Positions 45,701-54,047 of a DNA stretch of 54,047 nucleotides are shown here, in pieces. The translations under genes were made by a program, and so were the position numbers. The first letter of the stretch is position 1, and each line of letters begins with the position of its first letter. Below the pieces are notes generated by a model. That model had not been told where the DNA came from and made no database searches. It was given only the letters and a program-made list of their open reading frames with translations. Source of the DNA: Girardia tigrina (lineage: Eukaryota). The DNA lies in contig MQRK01176777.1 of assembly GCA_001938485.1 (NCBI GenBank), positions 6,165-60,211 on the forward strand, written 5' to 3'.

Positions 45701-48700
45701 TATAAACCGGTTTAACATATGTATCTAGTGGACTCAAGTAACATGGGTCCGATGAGGACTCTCGTCCAGCACTATATACATCAGTAACTTAGAACAAACG
45801 TAATAATGACATTCAATAAGCTAGAATAACAAAAAGAGCCTACAAAAAATGACAAAACTCTCTAAAAACCATTTTTCAGTTAAATTGCTACAATATGGTT
45901 TTTCTAAAATGACTAAAAATTGGGGATTTTTGTAACAAGGCAATTCAGGATGTCAACGCTCACACTAACAACTTCACAATTATGAAAAAGAGAATGAACA
46001 GAAAAGTTCACATCTATGATCTACATGACCGAATAACATCTTTGAATGTAACAGTACTTCTTTCATTGTCATAATATCGTTATCATTCAATAAAAAAGAA
46101 AAAATACAATAAGAAAAAAATTGAGAAAAATAAAAAAGCTGGTCAAAAGCCTTGTTTAAAAAGAGAAGGAAATCTTAATCATATTAAATAAAAGTTCAAA
46201 GTATCCCGGTATGAAGTGACCAAATATGAATAGACTAGATGTGAACAGACCCGGAATCATTAAACGTATAGATCCTATGATTATTTACTGTAAATAAACG
46301 AATCTCATATTAATGATCCTCACATTACAAATGTAGGAAAAATGAATCGAAATAAAAATAAGAATAAGTAATAACATTAAATATAAATTACTTATATAAT
46401 AAAATAAATTATGACTAAATATTTTTATTTATCTTCATTTCAAATTCATAATTATACAGACTCTTGATTTAAAAGAAGAATTATCAACGTATATAAATAT
46501 ATTTTCTATGATTATACAGTAATTGTATTTTGACAATAGAAATACAATTTGCACTGTCCTAAGATCAATGTTGATATAGAACTGAACACAAACAATGACT
46601 TTAGTAATCAATTGATAATTTTTTATCAATTTTTAAATAGCTTAAAAGATTTAATTTTCAAACATTCTTCATAATATTTTAACTTAAGATTAAATTTGGA
46701 TAAAAAGTAAAAATATTCGATCTGAAAAATAGTTATTAATTTTGATTTATTTTCTTTGGTAAAGAAAAACGAACTTTCTAAAAATATATTCAATATACGC
46801 TGATGCTACTAATTGGTCATATTTATTTATGAATATGACGAGTTAGTTAATTTTCTTTCTGCTGACAAATTTTAATAATTTAGAAATGATTAAAATTTAA
46901 AAACAATAAAAATTTTTTTTAATATTTTAAATTAAATTTTAAATAAAGTTTAGTAATAACTAGTAAAGCAACAAATACATTTTTTATATCCATTCTTTAT
47001 ACGTTGCCAACAAAGTTTTTAAAATTTAAAAAAATTTTAATTAGAAAAACAATAAAAAATTAATATTAATTAATTTTGATAATATTAAAAATTTCGTGCA
47101 AAATAATTCTTTATTTGTCAGCAATTCAGGACTAATAGAATTATAATTGAATAATAATCCATGACGAATTGATTGTAATACACACCAGCACACGCATACA
47201 CAGATCGACATCTGCACTCATTAACACACATCATACGCACACACTCGAGATGGAGACTCAGTCTGCCAATTTATAAGCATAAAAAATTAATATAAACTAC
47301 TTATAATTCATAAGTAGAACTTTTTTAATTAATATTGTTCGGGAATTCCGACTTTTCCGTTTTTTCCCACTTTGGGACTTTAAAAAGTTTTTTTTCGATC
47401 AAATTTTTACATAATCATTTATTGTCATAGAGAATGAGTAAGTATGCAAAGTTTGAAGAAAATCGATTGAGTAAAAGGCCTTCAAAAACCGGTTTCTAAA
47501 TTCAGAGGATACACACACACACACACATATATATATACCTATATAGAAAGTAAGTTAATAAAAAGAATGGAAAAATAGAAATAAATTATATTTTAAAGTA
47601 TATAATTTTTGAAAATAATAAATTTGAGCTATAAGTAAGATGACCACCTGTTTTTCGAAAAATTCCAGGACATTTTCTAGTACACCGGGACATGTAACTG
47701 TAACTCACTCCAATCAGGTAGCTTATGAAGTCGTAACCACTAAAAAGAATCAATGTCATCTAATACGCTCTCCCACTTGCTAATATAATCTATTAAATTC
47801 TTGTAGAATGTCTTTACATCTTTCATAATTTTACTTTGATCACATGCTTTCAAGATATAAAATTGTTTTCGAGCTTCAGATGGTAAAAAAGAGTGAATAA
47901 GGCGGTAATTCAGTTTAATTTTAAAAATTTTAATCTCAGACGATATTTCAAATGCAGCGATGCCCTCGCGTTCAAAATTAAATACAGCTTCGTTGATCAA
48001 TTTCATTTGATTGCTGAGAAAGCTGATCCAGAACTTGCTAGTTGAGTTTGAGAAGAATTCTTTAAGTACTGGTCGACATTTTTTAAGACCAATAAAATAT
48101 TCTCTGAGAGGTTCCAAAATTTCAAAAAGTTAATAGAAAATTTTAATTTTGATCAATAAAAATTAAATAAACAGTCAATTTTACTAAAAATATTTAATTT
48201 TTAATATTGTACAATAAAATGTTTTCTTAAAGTTTCAAAATGAATATTATTTAGGAAGAACTTAGATTAAATTAAAATCGAATTAAATATTATTTTAAGT
48301 TTAAGTTTATAACCAATTATTCAGAATTTGACAATAATGATGTGTCGCCGAATCGATCATTAAAAGGAAGAGAAAAATTGTTTGAATTTATTTGCAATAA
48401 AAATTCTTAATTTGGTCTAGTAAAAATTTTGATGAATTCTAAATCGAGTATCGAAAACAATATAATTGCAACTAACAATGACTTCGTGAAATTTATTTAT
48501 TTGAAATTTATTCAGTACCATACTTTTAAGAAACTGCAGAAAAAATAATCTCGATGAAGATAACTCATGAAAAACTTTGTATTTTATGAAAGACTTAATT
48601 CCGGATCAACTTTGTTAGGTTTCGGTGGGCACACCAGCTGGTTGTGAGAATAAGTCCATTGATATACCAACAATAAATTTGAGATCACAATACACGAGTA

Positions 48701-50922
48701 GAATTAATATTCACAGCTAAATACAGTCACTCGTAAATAATTACGAGACAAACAAATTTTAACAGTTAAATGTCAAATCTGCCTGCTTTTGCGGATTTTT
48801 TTAAAAATTTAACATTATTTAACATATTTACATTTATTTTGAGAAACTTATTTTTTAGTTCTATTGATATCAAACAAGAACCGAAAATTTATTTACTTTA
48901 ATAATTTTATTTCTTTAATTTCTATTCATTTTGATGAATAATCACTTTAATTTCTAACGACCTTCTCAATCAAATTTTTTCCAATGCGTTTTAATCTAAC
49001 ATTCTACCCTTTTTTTAAATTTTCAAACTTTTCCACGTTTCTCACAATTTGCTTCTAATTACGGTCGTACAGCTTGTAACTTTCATGAATTCTCTCTATA
49101 ATTAAATATTATACCTCATACCTGACATAATCTTTATTCCTTTCCTTTTTTACCTACACCGTATCTCCAATGTTCAATTTTCGTCGAATTGTCGCTTCGG
49201 CATACTTTCTTTTCTATTCTGTCGGTTGTATTCTGTAATTATACTAGTTTTGTCTGTCTAGTTTTCTTCTGTAATCATCTCGGCAGGGTTGATGTCTATT
49301 ATCTTCTGTCTTGTTGTGTTCACGATTAATTCAACTTCTGGGAGTATTTTCGCCAAATTCATCTCGCATTTTTCTTTTAAACTGTCCTGAATAAATTCAC
49401 ATATTGTGCAGAAATGTCTCTCTACCATACTATTTGTATTATAGTGGTACGTGTTTGAGAATACCAACTGGGTAGCTTGTTTTGACATCAGTTCTTGTAT
49501 CCTATGTAATTCGAAACTCTTTCACTCAGTCGATATATATTTATTTAGTTTACACCGAACTTAATATCCACTACAACATTCAAATTAAGAACTTCTGTAA
49601 AGTCGCACAATTATGTTAATTATAGTATTCCTAATACTCATCTTATTACCGAAATTCTTAATAACAAAATACTTTTGTATGGCTAGCGTGAGTAAATCTT
49701 GTATTCTTAGAATATAGTCTTTGGACAGTAATTTGAAATTGTAGAAGTATTGATACTGAATGAAGCACCTCCTCCTTTTGGTCGTGTTAAAGATCATCGA
49801 ACCTTACCACATGCAATTACTCAATGTGGAATATACTAAAAGAACTTGTATATGCTAACAATAATCAAGATACATTAAGTTTGGATTAGGTTACTTCTGA
49901 AGAACCCTGTATATAACATTATTTGAACCTGATCAGCAGCAAACGTGTTAATATATCAAATGAATTCTTAAATTCTAGTTTCAAATTGATTACCTTTGTT
50001 CCACTTTCGTTTTTATTATTCCAACAGTGTTTTCCTTTGAAGCTTTTAAACAATGATTTCAACTTACAATTATAATTGTCATTGATACTGAATTGTGATA
50101 GTAATGCGTGCTCCCGAAGTTTGAGCCAAATGTTGTCATTGGTATTGCCGTATCTGCCACTCATAATATCATTATAACGGAACTCGCAATAGAAACATCA
50201 TACTTCACTCATATTTGTCGTAGTGCACATTTAATACTTAAAGGCTCACAAGTATTTGATTTTGCACACAAAATAATTAAATAAATAAATAATCACGTTT
50301 TGACATCTGAAAAATGACATTTATAACAAAATGCTCAACAAGCTGAAAATTTGTTTTGACATATTCGAAAAGTTCGTAAATTCATTTTAATATGATAAAT
50401 TGAGTTTATTTTTTGTTCTAGCAAAATTATAATAATTTGAAATTATTTTTTATTTTTATTAATTATTTTAAAATTATTTTTTGACAGATCTTATACAAAA
50501 TAATAAATCGTTTTATTATTAATAATATTCAAATTATTATTGAAACCAACCCATATAATCAGGGGTTCCAACTAATTCTTTATGATGAATTCCTTTCTTT
50601 AATTCTGTTGCCAAACCAAAATCGCAAATCGCAATGTCGGTTGACGGATAAGGTTCACGTAAAAGAAGGTTGTCGGCCTAGAAATTATTTTTAGAATTTG
50701 GTTTATTTGGAAAACATCTCATAGTTCGATTTTATTTAAGCATCATAAATAAATATCATTAAATTTCTAATGACCTTTACCTTAATATCTAAATGAACAA
50801 TATTTTCTAAGTGCATTGACTCTAGTGCCAACAGAAACTTGTATATGATGCACATAACATAAGTCTGGTTGAGTCCTGCGTCGGAATCTTGCAGAAGATT
50901 GAATAGGCTTCCTCCACTGGCA
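39717..50922 (-). CDS. DAPK/DRAK(STK17)/MLCK-group CAMK Ser/Thr kinase, partial; exons 50922-50781, 50677-50551, 41597-41549, 41490-41311, 41259-39717
   Basis: Splicing at GT-AG sites with consistent phases gives ASGGSLFNLL...IVHLDIK|ADNLLLREPYPSTDIAICDFGLA...ELVGTPDYM|APEVINYEKITLYTDMW|SVGVLVYHLLTKISPFMGKSKDETLFNV...LCIKNP|SSRLSSTTAQLHKWF, continuing into the 511-aa acidic ORF. N-lobe exons were not found and may lie beyond the window. Confidence 0.88.
41857..42041. repeat. 91-bp tandem duplication in the kinase intron
   Basis: TCTGAAACCGAAAAAATATTTTCTT...GGGGTACGCCTAGTTCA...TTGAAAGT occurs twice, at 41857 and 41948. Confidence 0.95.
47337..47570 (+). mobile_element. DINE-1/HINE-like (Helentron-associated) short repeat
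   Basis: GTATGCAAAGTTTGAAGAAAATCGATTGAG followed by (CA)n/(TA)n microsatellite and an A-rich end. Similar motifs occur at ~1640-1730 and, inverted, at ~23820-23920. Confidence 0.4.
47636..48125 (-). mobile_element. hAT (Blackjack-like) transposase fragment with terminus
   Basis: TAAGATGACCA (compare TAGGGTGACCA) and CC(A/G)GGACA subterminal repeats; ORF 47740-48117 EPLREYFIGLKKC..VLKEFF....KFWISFL. Confidence 0.65.
49050..49520 (-). mobile_element. Ty3/gypsy integrase remnant
   Basis: ORF 49258-49488 FSNTYHYNTNSMVERHFCTI...ILPEVELIVNTTRQK...PAEMI; downstream RRKLNIGDTV. Confidence 0.7.
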
Positions 50923-53132
50923 CTTTAAGAAAAATAATCTTCTTAGAGGAGTATAAAGTATAAATATATAAATACGTAAATTGAAAATGGGAACAGAATT
51001 TAAAAAAAATAATGAAATTCAAAATTTGAAAATCCTTAGTGTTCTCATCAAATTAAATGTTAAGAAACATCACAGAAAATAAAACAATAACACTTTTAAG
51101 ACTCCATTAACATTAATATTGAATCAAAATAAACTTCAGGCTCATAAAATGCGTAATATGTTTACATCATGTTTTTAAAGGTTATCCTTTTAATTAATTT
51201 AAAATAATAATTTTGTTTACCATAATTTAGTTTATTAATTATTAATTATTGATTTTACTTTATTCATTTAATAATGTTGATCTTTTTGTTACTTCTTTTA
51301 TTGTAAAACAATAACGATTAGAATACAAATTATTTGAGATTATTTAAGAACAGCTTTAATTTCTTTCACTATTCATTAATTGAGTTTTAAGATTGACTGT
51401 TTTAAGAATCTGTTATGAGACATCTGATTCTGGTCATCATATGCCAGATCAGACCGGTCAAACAATGCCAAACGCACTATAATGGATTTCTCTACAGTTC
51501 TGGACCAGTCAGTCTCATTACCACTTGATGGGTACTTGAAACATTGTTAAAGATTATTATGGATCACTGTAATGCAAGAAATGATTGAGATTCCGTAAAA
51601 TAATATTGGAATTTCAAACAAGTCTCTAAAAATGATTTTTAATACTGAATTGAGCTGTTCTTTTTAGTGGTATAAGTAGAAATGATATATATATATATAT
51701 CTGAAATACATTTTTAACAATGGCAAACGTTGATTAATTCGACTATAAATTATACTTATGCATAAATGCATGATTCTTTAATATAGAAAGGGATCTATGC
51801 CTTACTGAAGTTATATTTAACTCTTTTTTCGACAAAAATTGGACTTATTCAACTTTAAACTCAGTTGGTGGCGAGACCAAAATAACATGTGGGGGTTTAA
51901 ACCTGTTAGGGTTAAGTAATACGATGAAAAATCGACTGATTCTTTGAACCTTCTAAACAGAGTATCTTATTATACTTTTAAATAAGTCTTAATTAAAATA
52001 AAAAACACATTTCTTTAATTGTGTCATTAAATTTTGAATCACAATAATGAATCCCCCCGCTGGGTTACAAACTAGTGAGTTCTTTCCCACAAGCCCAGTG
52101 GCTATTAATATTGTTTTGTTTATTTGTCATTAAAATTTAACTTTGTAAGATTTTAAAATAATATAGTGATTGTTGTCAGTGACCCAATTCGATGTTAGTG
52201 TCATGGTCATCTTTTGAGCATAAAAGAAAAGCGATAAGAACTATTTTATTATACAATCGGTTGTATACATCACAAACTTATTAACTTTTCAGAAAACATC
52301 GTTTACTTATGATTTAAATTTATAATAAATTCTTTCTAGTAAATACTAAAAATAGCTTAAATTCTATTTTTTATTCGAAGAACAAATTAGTTTATCAAAC
52401 TTGTAGAATATATAAAATTACTCTCGAAAAAAATTGTATGTCCCAAGAAAATTAAAAATTTCAAAAACTAATAAGGTCTAAAGATTGCAATTAGTTTATG
52501 ATGATGCTACTTTTTCAGTTCTGTCTCATGCGTTTTACTCGATACGGATTAGTTCACAGAAGACTCTTCCTTTAGACTCGATGTTTTAATGCCTGCTAAC
52601 ATTCCTATAATACCCTGGAAGAGGACAGTTCAGAAATGACCTTTTTTGTTATTTCGTAAATTTCTACATCAATTGTTGTAATATTTACTTTGAAGAAAGT
52701 TTTAATAATATAAATTTTAGGTAATTATATAAAACAATCAAAACTTTCAAATTTATAAGTATAAGATTAAAGCATGGACACATGTATTGAACACAAAATT
52801 ATTAACTACATTTAAATAAAGGGCATCTGTTAATACTAACACTCCAATAATCATATTAACGTTTATATTAAATTTACGCTTTTTTAAAATTTTACCGATA
52901 TCCAAGAATTTTTTTCATAGAGGAAACGTTGATTATTTTTTTAATGACACTAATGATAAAAGTGATCTTTTGAATAACGAAACAGTTAAAAAGAATTGAT
53001 GTAATATAGCATTACATAGACTCTATGTCACAATTCAATACTGAAAACATTCATTAAATTCACCTCATTTCAACTTCTATATGGCCCGTAATTTACAATA
53101 ATGAAGAACGGAGAGTTCAAAATGTTCAAAAA

Positions 53133-53753
53133 CGGAGTGTGCATAGAAATCATATTTATCGAAAGTATTTTCATCGAAAACATATTCATAGAAAAACTAA
53201 TTTCACCGAAAGACAAATTCCTCGAAAAACTAATTTATCGAAAATTCGTAATGTCGTGATGGATTATACGAATAAAAAACATTATGGAGTATCTTCGAAG
53301 TATTGCGAACAACCTCGTATTTAAATAATATTATTAAAGAAATTGTTAAATTTATTTGGTATTTTACTTATCGTTGTTTTATTTGAATACGTTTTTAGAA
53401 ATATTAAAATACCTTATATTTCGATGTAAAAGACGACCTTTTCACCAAAAATTGAGAGTCGTCTTATCTAACAGTAAAAAATATATCTACTTATTGAGAA
53501 TTTCATAAGTCAGTTTTATTAATTAAACGAATATTTATCAAGATATATTTAATTTTTCTATTTAAAAAGGCTTTGGAGTTAATTATATTTTTAGAATTAC
53601 ATTTTAAAACTTTCGCTATAGTTGGAAAAACTTGTCTTTCAGTAAATTTTATTATCGATGAATTTGTCTTTCGATGAATTAGTTTTTCGACAAATGTATT
53701 TTCGATGAAAATGCTTTCGATGAATATGTCTTCGATGAATTTTCCTAAACCCG
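53133..53753. mobile_element. MITE with inverted arrays of ~15-16 bp subterminal repeats (Mutator-like)
   Basis: Left arm (TT)CATCGAAA repeats, right arm TTTCGATGAA repeats; CGG...CCG ends; flanked by TTCAAAA(A/T) on both sides. Confidence 0.7.
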
Positions 53754-53935
53754 TTCAAAATACATACCCATGACTTCAAGCCTTAAATTATAATTTTGAG
53801 TCAGAAATACTTTTCTTTGTAGAAAACATGATCTCATAAATAAATACTGAAATAATAAATTTTACAACCGAGTACAATAAAAGCTTTTGTAAATTATTTT
53901 TCGTTTAATAGTTCTGATTTTGATATTCAAGTATA

Positions 53936-54047
53936 CAGCTGTGGACAAAAGTCTGTTGACTCTCACATTTTAGCACAATATATTTGATAAATTTATGACA
54001 TTTACAGCAGAATAGTTATAACATTTAAATAATGTAACGGGTGTATA
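53936..54047 (+). mobile_element. Left end of a Tc1-like element running off the window
   Basis: TA-CAGCTGTGGACAAAAGT, a typical Tc1-family terminus. Confidence 0.5.

Noticed and set aside
45748-45775. Hammerhead ribozyme (CCGATGAGGACTCTCGTCC)
   Set aside because: Has a GGAC/GTCC stem but lacks both the exact CUGA start and the GAAA box; no supporting element recognised.
51095-51150. Kinase N-lobe exon (EVYFDSILMLME on minus strand)
   Set aside because: No GT donor in the required phase and no convincing acceptor or upstream motifs.

Overview
AT-rich eukaryotic DNA, most likely from an invertebrate animal (GT-AG introns of 46-103 nt; dense Tc1/mariner, pogo, hAT, piggyBac, Penelope, Ty3/gypsy and BEL/Pao debris). 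The organism cannot be named from sequence alone. Host genes: (1) two convergent paralogues encoding ARM-repeat/TIR/SAM proteins (about 2786-4510 + and 27235-29023 -) that share two near-identical internal tracts but have strongly diverged N-terminal caps and TIR-SAM linkers; (2) CutA (35866-36195 -); (3) a spliced DAPK/DRAK-type Ser/Thr kinase (39717-50922 -; N-lobe exons not found) with a ~9 kb intron and a ~500 aa acidic tail; (4) the 3' end of an unknown gene with tandemly duplicated 57-nt exons (12188-12864 +). The most unusual signals are the mosaic inverted TIR gene pair, a hairpin-capped array of RFX X-box-like palindromes with ~21-bp periodicity at the edge of an unexplained composite element (17877-~22950), and a TA-flanked MITE carrying the 3' end of 18S rRNA (32384-32694). 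All family assignments come from motif recognition by eye; no searches were run, and identities quoted are by-eye estimates.
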